From Bacillota bacterium (lineage in GTDB: Bacteria; Bacillota; Desulfotomaculia; Desulfotomaculales; Desulfocucumaceae), in contig JBMOPD010000007.1 in the NCBI GenBank assembly GCA_049323615.1, positions 39,232 through 71,231 on the forward strand: a stretch of 32,000 nt of DNA, given 5' to 3'. This document shows positions 17,665-26,433 of this stretch, piece after piece. The notes beneath the pieces are model-generated. The model was given only the letters and a program-made list of their open reading frames with translations. It did not search any database and was not told where the DNA came from. Made by a program: the position numbers and the translations under genes. Within the stretch, counting starts at the first letter, position 1, and the number at the start of each line of letters is the position of its first letter.

Positions 17665-18939
17665 TCAGCCAGCTGAATTGTGATTGGCCGGTTCGGCGGC
17701 CGGCGCCGCCCCGGCCATTACTTCCCGGAAGGCCGCCACCACCGCCCGGGCAAATTCCGGGTCTTCCAAATTGGCGTCAATCTCCCTTATTTCAATGGCA
17801 CTTTTTAACCGCCTCTTCAGCTCATCGACAAAGATGCGGTCGGTATCGGGGTCGTAAAGAACCGTGGAAGCGCCGTCAATGGCGGACCAGCCCCTGAGCG
17901 GGACAAGGAACTTGACCGGGCCCCGGGCCAGGTTGAGCTTCTCGGCGAAAACCCCGGCCACCGTCACCAGCTCGTCGGGGGCCACCCGGAGAAAGGTGCG
18001 GTGGGCATCCAGGTCATACCTCTTCCGGTTATAATAGTCGGGCTTGTATTTGCTTTTCGGGGGCGTCATCAGGTTGACACAGCAGGGAGCGATCACCTGG
18101 GGCAGGCCCATCTTACCCGCAGCCTCCAGCCTGTTGGGACCGGCCGCCCTGGTCCCGCCCAGGATCTCTTCCCCCACCCCGCCGGGGGCCAGGTCAATTA
18201 CGGCCTCAAACATGCCCTCCCTTTCAATAAGCTCCTCCATTGCCTTGTCGGCCACGCCGGTGGCCGAAAAGCCCACCACCTGGCACCCCTCCCTTTCCAG
18301 CTGGTCCCGCACCATTGAGGCGCACTTCTCGCACATGTTCAATTGAGTCATGGCCACCAGGGCCTTGCCTTTTTGTTTTTTCTTCAGTACTTCCGCGCCG
18401 CTGCGGCCACCCCCGGCCATTCCGGTGATGGACCCGGCCGCCCGGTCCAGGATGCTGCGCATCAGGTCGTTCAGCCCGGTAAAGTCTACCACCGAATGCA
18501 TAATATCAATGTCCGCCGTGCCGAAATACCTGCTGGTCAGCCCCCTGGCCGCGGCCACGCTGGAAACCATCAGCTTCGGCACACCGAAGGGCAGGGCCTT
18601 CATCACGCCGGTGCCCAGCAGGGTTCCGGTGGCGCCCCCGATGCCGACAATTCCGTCCAGCCTGCCCGAACGGTACAGTTCCTTCACCTTTCTGCCCGCC
18701 CCGTCGGACACGGCCTGGATCAGCGCCGGCCGGCCGGCGTTGACAGCATCCGCCCCGGGCTCCCCGGCGGCGGCCAGGACCTCTTCCCTGGTTATGTCGG
18801 CCTCAATAGTGGGGCAACCCTTTGTGCCCACGTCTATGACTATTGTCTGAAAACCCTCTTTTTCTATTTGCTCCTTCAGGTAAATGGTTTCAGCCCCCTT
18901 GGTGTCCAGCGTGCTGACGATGACTATGGTTTTACCCAT
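17665..18939 (-). CDS. Tm-1-like ATP-binding domain protein (UPF0261)
   Basis: MGKTIVIVSTLDTKGAETIYLKEQIEKEGFQTIVIDVGTKGCPT... IVGIGGATGTLLGTGVMKALPFGVPKLMVSS... GTADIDIMHSVVDFTGLN; start moved to 18939 on RBS GAGGTGG. Confidence 0.88.
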   Translation of the reverse strand: MGKTIVIVSTLDTKGAETIYLKEQIEKEGFQTIVIDVGTKGCPTIEADITREEVLAAAGEPGADAVNAGRPALIQAVSDGAGRKVKELYRSGRLDGIVGIGGATGTLLGTGVMKALPFGVPKLMVSSVAAARGLTSRYFGTADIDIMHSVVDFTGLNDLMRSILDRAAGSITGMAGGGRSGAEVLKKKQKGKALVAMTQLNMCEKCASMVRDQLEREGCQVVGFSATGVADKAMEELIEREGMFEAVIDLAPGGVGEEILGGTRAAGPNRLEAAGKMGLPQVIAPCCVNLMTPPKSKYKPDYYNRKRYDLDAHRTFLRVAPDELVTVAGVFAEKLNLARGPVKFLVPLRGWSAIDGASTVLYDPDTDRIFVDELKRRLKSAIEIREIDANLEDPEFARAVVAAFREVMAGAAPAAEPANHNSAG

Positions 18940-19164
18940 AAAACCACCTCTTCTGTGGACTACGGCCCTTAAACTTTTTGCCTGCACACCTATCGGGGAT
19001 TGTGAAATTAATAACATGAATGACGCCCCGGGTGTCACGCTGCGGAGCCGGTCTGCCGTACAGACAAAGACAAAAGGCATTTACATTAATTTGCCTCTTT
19101 TACGCCGGCCCAGTCCGGGCGCCCCTGGCCAGGGGGCCCGGACTGTCCGGGTTAATCCCGCCCC

Positions 19165-20580
19165 TTAATCCTCAAAGCCGTAGTCCTTCCACTTGCTTAA
19201 CACTGTCTTGACCATGTCTCCGTCCAGCTGGATTTCTATGGGCTTGCGCTCCCACTCGTGCGGAATGCAGGCGTCCATGATAATCCGCGAGCAGATATCC
19301 CGGTTATTGATGGGGAGGGAGGGATCCAGGGGCGTGGACCGCCCCCGCTTGATCAGCTCGGTGGACCGGTAGGGGTCGTAACGCACGCTGAGCGCCCACA
19401 TAACCTTGTTCCAGTCATCGGCCGGGATATCGTCGTCCACCACGATCACGCCCTTGAGGCCGTAGTGGCCGGTAGTGGTGGAAACAACGGCGGTGCCCAC
19501 ATGCATGGAGTGGCCGGGATACATTTGTTTTACCGAGACTATGGCCCAGAACCGGCCGGTGGACTCGGGGGGAATGTAGACCGACTTGATGCCGGGAACC
19601 CTCATGTTCTCCAGGTCGGTCCACAGGGTGGCAGTGCGGTTCAGGGACTGGATCATGTGGGTGTCGGTAATCGGTTTACCCACCGAGGTGGCCCACAAAA
19701 TGGGGTTGTTGCGGTGCAGCACCCTCTTCACCCTGATAAAGGGCTTCGGCCACTCCTCGCTCTTCTTGCCGGAATAATACCCCGTGTATTCCCCGAAGGG
19801 ACCTTCCTCCCGGCGCTCCACCGGGTCGATTTCACCCTCCAGGATTATTTCTGCCGTGGCCGGCAGGGGCAGCCCGGTCAGGTCGCTGATAATCACCTCG
19901 GCCGGTTCGCCCCGCAGCGCCCCGATCACATCGTATTCCGATGTCCCGGCCGAAACCAGGGTACTGCCCACCAGGAAGTTCAGGGGGTCGCCCCCGATCA
20001 CCGCCGCGGCGGGCATCGGCTTGTTCAGGGCGATGTATTTGTTGAGGTGGAAGTCGGCGTGCTTGCCCTTGATGATTTGCACGCCCACGGATTTTTCATC
20101 CAGGATCTGCATGCGGTAGGTGCCCAGGTTCACCCATCCCGAATCCGGGTCCCTGGTAATGAGGGCCACCGCCGTGCCGATGAACCGCCCCCCGTCCATG
20201 GGGTAAAACTTCGGGGTGGGGAAATCGAAGAGATTTACCCCGCCGCCTTCCACTATGTTTTCCATCACCGGGCCGGTGGAAACCTCCCGGGGAGGAATCA
20301 GCTGCTTGATGGACAGCTCCATCCAGTGCCGGGCCAGGTTGCACATGCTGGTGTGCACCGGCATGTCGAGGGCCACGGCCAGCCTTTTGGAGGTGGTGAA
20401 GGCGCTGGTAAACACCGGAATGTCATACCCCTTGGGCTTCTGGAAAAGGAGCGCCGGCCCCTTTCTTTCCTCGTTTATCTTGGCGATGTGCGAAAGTTCC
20501 AGGTTCCAGTCCACTTCCGCCTCTATTCTTTTCAGCTCTCCTATTTCATCGCATTTCTTGATGAAATCCCTTAAATCCAT
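19165..20580 (-). CDS. UbiD-family prFMN-dependent decarboxylase/carboxylase (candidate phenylphosphate carboxylase)
   Basis: 471 aa; MDLRDFIKKCDEIGELKRIEAEVDWNLELSHI; active-site-like EEGPFGEYTGYYSG. Confidence 0.92.
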   Translation of the reverse strand: MDLRDFIKKCDEIGELKRIEAEVDWNLELSHIAKINEERKGPALLFQKPKGYDIPVFTSAFTTSKRLAVALDMPVHTSMCNLARHWMELSIKQLIPPREVSTGPVMENIVEGGGVNLFDFPTPKFYPMDGGRFIGTAVALITRDPDSGWVNLGTYRMQILDEKSVGVQIIKGKHADFHLNKYIALNKPMPAAAVIGGDPLNFLVGSTLVSAGTSEYDVIGALRGEPAEVIISDLTGLPLPATAEIILEGEIDPVERREEGPFGEYTGYYSGKKSEEWPKPFIRVKRVLHRNNPILWATSVGKPITDTHMIQSLNRTATLWTDLENMRVPGIKSVYIPPESTGRFWAIVSVKQMYPGHSMHVGTAVVSTTTGHYGLKGVIVVDDDIPADDWNKVMWALSVRYDPYRSTELIKRGRSTPLDPSLPINNRDICSRIIMDACIPHEWERKPIEIQLDGDMVKTVLSKWKDYGFED

Positions 20581-20616
20581 ACTCCGACCTCCATCTGTTA
20601 AGCAATTTTATTAAAC

Positions 20617-21702
20617 TCAGCTGTCCGGCTCCCGGGGAAAAAATTTCTTGCCGGCCAGCAGGGTGCTGGCGATATGTTCCAGGGCGCTGGACTTGGGCTT
20701 TACCACCGGCTCGGCCTTTTTCCTGGACCAGACGGTTTCCGGCCTGGTCTGGAGCAGTATTATATTGCCGGGAGGGGGCAAATCGCTGTCCACGGCCCAT
20801 TCCAGGTCCTGGGGGACGCCGTAGTGCCGCTCCACCATTTTCCCCAGCTTGGCCAGCTGCACAACTTCACTGTCCTCCAGGCAGGGCAGGTTAACTTCCT
20901 CCGGGGGAACATCCACCGCCTGGATGCTTCCGCCGGGGCCGTACACCATTTTCATCTTCTTGGAACAGATGACCCGCCTGGTGATCTGCAGGGTTACCTT
21001 GTCAACGGTGTATTTGTCCGGCGTGACCTGGCCGCTGACCAGGCTTTCCCCCAGCCCCCAGCTGCCTTCGATAAATATTCTTGAAGGGTCGCCGTTCAGC
21101 GGGTCCAGGGTGAACATGACCCCGGACGACCTGGCATTGACCATTTTAAGCACGGCCACCCCGATGGGCGAACTTTCCACCCGCATCCCGCGCTGCATCC
21201 GGTAGGCAATGGCCCGGGCGTTAAAGGAGCTGGCCCATACCCTCTTAACGTGGGCCAATACTTCCTCCGGGCCGTTTATATTGAGAAAGGTATCGAACTG
21301 CCCCGGCATGCTCACCGGGCCGCTGGACCGGATGGCCACACTGACGCCGGGAGCCCCGCATCTTTTCCCAAGCTCATGGTAGTGTTCAAGTATAACCTCC
21401 CTGATATCCCCGGGCACCGGCTGCGACTCCACCAGCCCGCCGATGTGCCGGCCGGCCTCCTCAAAAGCGCCCACGTCTTCCTTCATCCTGTCGATATTAT
21501 CGTCAAAATACTGGCGGATGGACCGGCCAACCCCGGTTTCGTCTATGAACGTTTCGTAAGCCTTCAGTGATACGGCGAATCCGGGGGGTACCGGCAGGCC
21601 GGACCTCAGCATCTCACCGAGGCCGCAGCACTTTCTGCCGGCCAGAAAAAGGTCATCCCTGTCCAGGTCCTCCAGCCAGTATACGTATTTATTGTCTTCC
21701 AC
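20617..21702 (-). CDS. Pyruvate/PEP-binding (PEP-synthase N-terminal-like) subunit, candidate phenylphosphate synthase subunit B
   Basis: 361 aa; GRKCCGLGEMLRSGLPVPPGFAVSLKAYETFI; VAIRSSGPVSMPGQFDTFLN; RIFIEGSWGLGESLVSGQVTPD; ILLQTRPETVW. Confidence 0.85.
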   Translation of the reverse strand: MEDNKYVYWLEDLDRDDLFLAGRKCCGLGEMLRSGLPVPPGFAVSLKAYETFIDETGVGRSIRQYFDDNIDRMKEDVGAFEEAGRHIGGLVESQPVPGDIREVILEHYHELGKRCGAPGVSVAIRSSGPVSMPGQFDTFLNINGPEEVLAHVKRVWASSFNARAIAYRMQRGMRVESSPIGVAVLKMVNARSSGVMFTLDPLNGDPSRIFIEGSWGLGESLVSGQVTPDKYTVDKVTLQITRRVICSKKMKMVYGPGGSIQAVDVPPEEVNLPCLEDSEVVQLAKLGKMVERHYGVPQDLEWAVDSDLPPPGNIILLQTRPETVWSRKKAEPVVKPKSSALEHIASTLLAGKKFFPREPDS

Positions 21703-21744
21703 GGGTTGCCCCCCTTTTTTCCAGGAAAAGAACCCGGCGGTGGG

Positions 21745-23580
21745 TTACAGGATGGTAACGATACCCCTGTTCCCGTTCACCCTGATTCTCATGCCTGTTT
21801 TTATGGCCGCTGTGGCGTATCCCGCGCCGACCACCGACGGCAGGCCATACTCCCGGCAGACAATGGCAGCATGGGACATTATGCCGCCAACGTCGGTAAC
21901 CACGGCAGAGACCTTGGAGAATATGGGCGCCCAGCTGGGAGAGGTGGTAGGCGCCACAAGAATTTCGCCTTCCTGCAGCGTGGTCAGCTCTGACGGGCCG
22001 CGAACCACCCTGGCCACTCCTTCGATTACCCCAGGGGCCCCGGCGAAACCTTTCAGCTGGGAAATATCCTCCACCTTGGTCTTGTCGGCGTCCAGCCAGG
22101 CTTCCAGCCGTTCGGTGGTAATACCCCAGAGGATGATGGTAAAGGGTTCATTGACAGTTTCCGGCGGGATCCCCAGGGCCGGCGGGGGGGGATTTTCCCT
22201 GAATTTTTTCAACACATCCTTGCGCCACTCTATCTCCCGGGGCCAGTAGGACGGTCCCCTGGCCTTTACGCCGGTGGCCCAGGCGCATACCAGGTCGTAG
22301 AGCGCCTGCTGTATTTCAAAGCGGTTTAAGTACCAGATATCTTCCACATCGTTGAAGAACCCGTGTTTCACGAAAACCCCGGAAAGCTCCCTCACCTTCA
22401 TGTAGAACCTGGTGTGGAACCAGTGTTCCACATAAAACAGGTGCTCTTCCACGTAGGGATACACCGTCTGGGATATCCCCAGGAGCTGCCGGAAGGTCTG
22501 GCGGTCCTCATCGGTGCGCAGCAGGGAGGCGTATTCCTCCACGATGCGGTCCCGTTCCCGGCGCGTTTCCTCCACCGGCCGCTCCAGGCTCTCGCCCTTT
22601 TCCACCAAGTCAATGTAGGCGCGTATGGACATAAAGGGTATCTCCGGGCGGTCGTACCAGCTCCAGTGGTCGTGGTACCAGCCGGTGCCGGAGGAAGTGT
22701 AAAACCACGGCTCCTTGGACTCTTCCAGTTGCTCCAGCCATTTCCGGCCGGGATCCGAATCGGCCAGTTTTTTAACCAGCTCGCCGGGTTCCACGGTAGA
22801 CTTGATGACCTCGGCCACCCCCAGGCTGACCGCCGATTTGGCCAGCCCCTTTAGCTTCCGGTCGGGCTCGAACAGGATCACGTCTATCCCGGAAACCATT
22901 TTGGTAATGGCCCCGTCCTCGATACCCTGGAACGCCCTGCGGCAGAAACCGGCGAAGGTGACGTAAGCCGCGTAGCCCAGGTTGAGGAATTCAAAGTGGT
23001 ACTGCCAGGCCTTCAGGGCCAGGCTGATCAGCCGGTCGTACTTGTTGATCAGGTGGTAGCCGCTGCTCATGCCCACCCCGTCCATAACCACCGATATGTC
23101 TTCCATGTCCGGCAAATCGGCAATGTCAATGCTGTCAACTTCCCCGATTATTTCCTCCATCTTGACTTTCCACCGGCCGTAAAGACGGTCCCAGTTCTCG
23201 TAATAATAGCCGGCCCGCTGCATGAAATGCTGTACCCGCTCTTCCACAATCTTGGGGTCGGTCACGGGAACAGGGGTGATGTACACGTAGCCGTTTTTAA
23301 TGCGGTGGTCAACGCCATAGGCGGGAGGCACCATAAATATCCGGGTGTTGTTCTGGGAGAGGGCCAGAAACCAGGCCTCATCCCAGATCAGGTCGAAGGG
23401 GTACATCGCTTCCGGGTAGTGCAGCCCGTCATAAAACCAAAGCATGCTGTTTTCGTATTCTTCTCTTTCTTTATCATCCCGGGAAAAAATGTAATAATAT
23501 GGGTACATTCTTTCCCAACCCTCTGTCCCGGGAATTTCCGGGACATCCCCTGGCTTCATAAATTGGCGCTGCGCGGACAT
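21745..23580 (-). CDS. PEP-utilizing mobile-domain protein, candidate phenylphosphate synthase subunit A
   Basis: 611 aa; IPGTEGWERMYPYYYIFSRDDKEREEYENSMLWFYDGLHYPEAMYPFDLIWDEAWFLALSQ; C-terminal phospho-His motif VTDVGGIMSHAAIVCREYGLPSVVG; RBS AAAGGAGG. Confidence 0.85.
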   Translation of the reverse strand: MSAQRQFMKPGDVPEIPGTEGWERMYPYYYIFSRDDKEREEYENSMLWFYDGLHYPEAMYPFDLIWDEAWFLALSQNNTRIFMVPPAYGVDHRIKNGYVYITPVPVTDPKIVEERVQHFMQRAGYYYENWDRLYGRWKVKMEEIIGEVDSIDIADLPDMEDISVVMDGVGMSSGYHLINKYDRLISLALKAWQYHFEFLNLGYAAYVTFAGFCRRAFQGIEDGAITKMVSGIDVILFEPDRKLKGLAKSAVSLGVAEVIKSTVEPGELVKKLADSDPGRKWLEQLEESKEPWFYTSSGTGWYHDHWSWYDRPEIPFMSIRAYIDLVEKGESLERPVEETRRERDRIVEEYASLLRTDEDRQTFRQLLGISQTVYPYVEEHLFYVEHWFHTRFYMKVRELSGVFVKHGFFNDVEDIWYLNRFEIQQALYDLVCAWATGVKARGPSYWPREIEWRKDVLKKFRENPPPPALGIPPETVNEPFTIILWGITTERLEAWLDADKTKVEDISQLKGFAGAPGVIEGVARVVRGPSELTTLQEGEILVAPTTSPSWAPIFSKVSAVVTDVGGIMSHAAIVCREYGLPSVVGAGYATAAIKTGMRIRVNGNRGIVTIL

Positions 23581-23746
23581 GGCCCGCCTCCTTTTACTAC
23601 ATTTTTTTCTCTTTATAAAACTTATAAAACGGTGCGCTGCTGCGGGCGGCGATCACTTCCTTCCCGGGTCTTAAAACGGCAGTCCACAAAAAGTTTGACG
23701 GGCCTCTTTTCTTGACATAGGCCGGCTTACTCTGTAAATTGAAAAC

Positions 23747-23854
23747 ATAAAAGTCACTGTAAACACGGCTTGCCAGGCCGGCGTTTTACAGTGTCACCCC
23801 GCCACTGCCGGCCTGTTTACTTGACCGGGGAGGACCGGCAGTGGCGATTTTTTT
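23747..23854 (+). ncRNA. Candidate small RNA with its own promoter and intrinsic terminator
   Basis: Plus-strand TTGACA (23712-23717)-N17-TAAATT (23735-23740); terminator-like GCCACTGCCGG (23801-23811) / CCGGCAGTGGC (23835-23845) followed by T7 (23848-23854). Confidence 0.3.
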
Positions 23855-23863
23855 GGCTTTGCC

Positions 23864-26302
23864 TTACCTCATTCCCTCAATCATCTTTAGGGCCAGCTGC
23901 ACCTGCAGATTGGTCTCGGGGTGGCTTAAATTTATTCCGGCTATTTCGGATATACGCCTCAGCCTGTATTTCATGGTGCTGGAATTCATGAACCCGTTGC
24001 GGGCCGCTTTCTGAATGTTGCAGTTGTTGTTGAAATAAAGCATCAGGGTCTGCACCAGGTGGGAATTGTGTTTTTCGTCGTATTTCAACAGGGGGCCGAT
24101 GACGCGGTCAATAAACTTTTTAAACTGTTCCGCGTTGATATTGAGCAGGCCGAAAACACCAAGCAACTCGTGGGCCTGGCATTTGTTCCGGTAGTTCAGC
24201 GACTTGATTATATCAATGGTTATGCAGGCCTCCTGGTACGAGGCGGCAAACCCGGACACGCCCCGGCAGGGCGAACTGATGCCCGCCCGCCAGATGTAAT
24301 CCGGAAAAATGTCGTTGAATCTTCTCTCCATTTCCCCGGTCATGTTCCGCAAGTGGGTGGCCGCCTGTTTTTCCCGGGTTTCATCCAGAATTAAAAGGCC
24401 AATTATGTTTACCTTTTTCCCGATAACCACTATATTGGGGGATACCTGGCTGACCACCCGGTCCACAGCCTGAAAGAGGCTTTTCCCTTTACAGTAGCTC
24501 TCCGGCGGGGCAACGGCGGCTTTGGGAATAAAATCGATGGCCACCACCCTGAAAGTCCCGGTCAGGTCCAGCCCCAATTTCTCGGCCCGGCGGATAATCA
24601 CTTCCTCGTTATCAAGCTTCCCTTCCAGCAATTCTTCCAAAAAGTCTTTCTTAAGCCTCCTTTCGGTCTCAAAGGAGGCCTTCTGTTTGAGCAAATCCAG
24701 GGCAATGACGGTCCCGGCATGCTCAACGGCCATGCAGTCCAGCTGGCTGAGAGGCCGGTTGCCCTCCAGGGTGGCGACAAAGCCCAGGTTATCACTGCCG
24801 GCCATTATGGAGGCCACCACCAGGTTAGACTGGGGATTTGATTTCTTTGCCGCCGCAATATTGATTAAACGTTTCTCGGCAAAAAGAGTGGCCATTTTTT
24901 CCCTGAACCGGGCCTCCTGTATGGTGTCCTGCCAGACCTGCCCGATATCCCCCGCGCCGCCCCCGGGAACCGAGCTTGATATGATATTGAAGAACTGGTC
25001 TGCGATAATCACCGGGCGGGATAAAATAACGGCCAGGTTGCGGCCTATTTCCTCCAGGCCGTGGCCCTCCAGCACCAGGGAGGTAAGCCGGTTGTGAATG
25101 TGCGTGGATTTTTGCAGCGCCTCGTGCTCGGCCAAAAGCAGGCTGTTGACCCGGTACAGCTCGGCGATATTCTCCTGCAGCTTTTGATTGGTGTGCTCAT
25201 AAACCCGGGCATTGCCCAGGGCTACGGCGGAATGGGCCCCCAGAAACCCGAGTATTTCCCTGTCATGCTGGGAAAATTGCCCCCCGCCGCTTTTATTGAT
25301 CACAATCAGGGCGCCGATCAGCTCTTTCCTCAAATAAAGGGGAATCCCCAGCAGGCCTTTTATCTCAATATCCAGTCCCTGGATGGCCCGGGGAACACCG
25401 TAGCTTTCCACCGGCTCCCGGCTTTCCAATATGGAAGTGACCAGGCCCGAGGATTCGGTGAGCACCCGGGTGTTTATTTTCTCCCGGCCCATCGTTTCAT
25501 AAAGCAGTATCCTTTTTTTCCTTTCGGTGACCACGGCCATAACCGCCTTTTGGGCCCGCAGCAGTTTTTGCGCGTAATCCACCGTTTTTACCGGCATGTT
25601 GCTGGAGCTGAGATTGGTGCTGATGTCAATTATGGCCTGGTTCATGGCCTGCCATGTTTTTGCCCTCTCCCGCTCCTCCTCCAGCAGGGTCTGAAAATTT
25701 TTGAGCACCGTATTTCTATTTAAATCCTTTATATTGCGGGCCGCCTGCCCGTTCCATTCCTCCAGGGACCTCATTTCATAGCGGCAGTATGGGTCTCCCA
25801 TGCCCCGGCACATGGTCTCCACACAAACCACATCCCGCCCCATAAAACCGGACCCGAAACCGCTGGTATACCCGGTAAGGGTCCAGCAGACGGGTTCTTT
25901 TGCCCGGCCGTACTTAAGCAGGTAATTTTCGGCCTCATATGAATTTCGCCAGATCCCGCGCATGAGAAAGGCGCCGCTTTGGCGGTCAAACTTCAGCTCG
26001 TCACAGGTGGCGTGCACCATGCCCTCCAGGGTATGCATCATGGGCCCCGCCAGCATCCAATCGGCATCGCTTTTAAAAGTGAAGAATTCCCGGGAGGCCA
26101 TCACGTCAAAGTGTCCGCAGCGGTATCCAAAACGGGTAAGGATATTGCGGGCCATATCTTCTCCCAGGTTCCTCACCAGTTCTTCCCTTAACCGGAACAG
26201 GGAATCGGCCCGGAAAAGCAGCATCCGGTTGCCGCGCAGGCTTATTATCCCCTCATCCGGATTTATGTCAAGGAGTTCCGTCACCACAAAATCTGGAACC
26301 AC
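23864..26302 (-). CDS. Transcriptional regulator: XylR_N + V4R (DmpR/MopR-type aromatic sensor) - GAF - PucR/CdaR-type C-terminal HTH
   Basis: 812 aa; LAGPMMHTLEGMVHA, FLMRGIWRNSYEAENYL, EPVCWTLTGYTSGFGSGFMGRDVVCVETMCRGMGDPYCRYE; C-terminal LMLYFNNNCNIQKAARNGFMNSSTMKYRLRRISEIAGINLSHPETNLQVQLALKM; no AAA+ Walker motifs. Confidence 0.9.
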   Translation of the reverse strand: MVPDFVVTELLDINPDEGIISLRGNRMLLFRADSLFRLREELVRNLGEDMARNILTRFGYRCGHFDVMASREFFTFKSDADWMLAGPMMHTLEGMVHATCDELKFDRQSGAFLMRGIWRNSYEAENYLLKYGRAKEPVCWTLTGYTSGFGSGFMGRDVVCVETMCRGMGDPYCRYEMRSLEEWNGQAARNIKDLNRNTVLKNFQTLLEEERERAKTWQAMNQAIIDISTNLSSSNMPVKTVDYAQKLLRAQKAVMAVVTERKKRILLYETMGREKINTRVLTESSGLVTSILESREPVESYGVPRAIQGLDIEIKGLLGIPLYLRKELIGALIVINKSGGGQFSQHDREILGFLGAHSAVALGNARVYEHTNQKLQENIAELYRVNSLLLAEHEALQKSTHIHNRLTSLVLEGHGLEEIGRNLAVILSRPVIIADQFFNIISSSVPGGGAGDIGQVWQDTIQEARFREKMATLFAEKRLINIAAAKKSNPQSNLVVASIMAGSDNLGFVATLEGNRPLSQLDCMAVEHAGTVIALDLLKQKASFETERRLKKDFLEELLEGKLDNEEVIIRRAEKLGLDLTGTFRVVAIDFIPKAAVAPPESYCKGKSLFQAVDRVVSQVSPNIVVIGKKVNIIGLLILDETREKQAATHLRNMTGEMERRFNDIFPDYIWRAGISSPCRGVSGFAASYQEACITIDIIKSLNYRNKCQAHELLGVFGLLNINAEQFKKFIDRVIGPLLKYDEKHNSHLVQTLMLYFNNNCNIQKAARNGFMNSSTMKYRLRRISEIAGINLSHPETNLQVQLALKMIEGMR

Positions 26303-26433
26303 GGAACTACCCCCCTATAAATTTACTGAACTGTCTGAATTTTAAGGTTATTTTAGCACGGCAGCGGGAAACTGCCTATCCCCCGTACAGGTTGAAAATT
26401 TATAATGACAATTTAGCCACAATGGACAAATAT

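Noticed and set aside
19258-20574. 438-aa plus-strand ORF opposite ubiD
   Set aside because: Shadow ORF of a high-GC coding region: low-complexity Gly/His/Pro-rich translation, no recognisable motif, and exact overlap with a well-supported UbiD gene.
23581-23863. Sigma54-type -24/-12 promoter expected for a DmpR/XylR-like activator
   Set aside because: Closest match (TGGCAAGCCGTGTTTA on the minus strand) lacks the -12 GC, and the regulator itself has no AAA+ domain.
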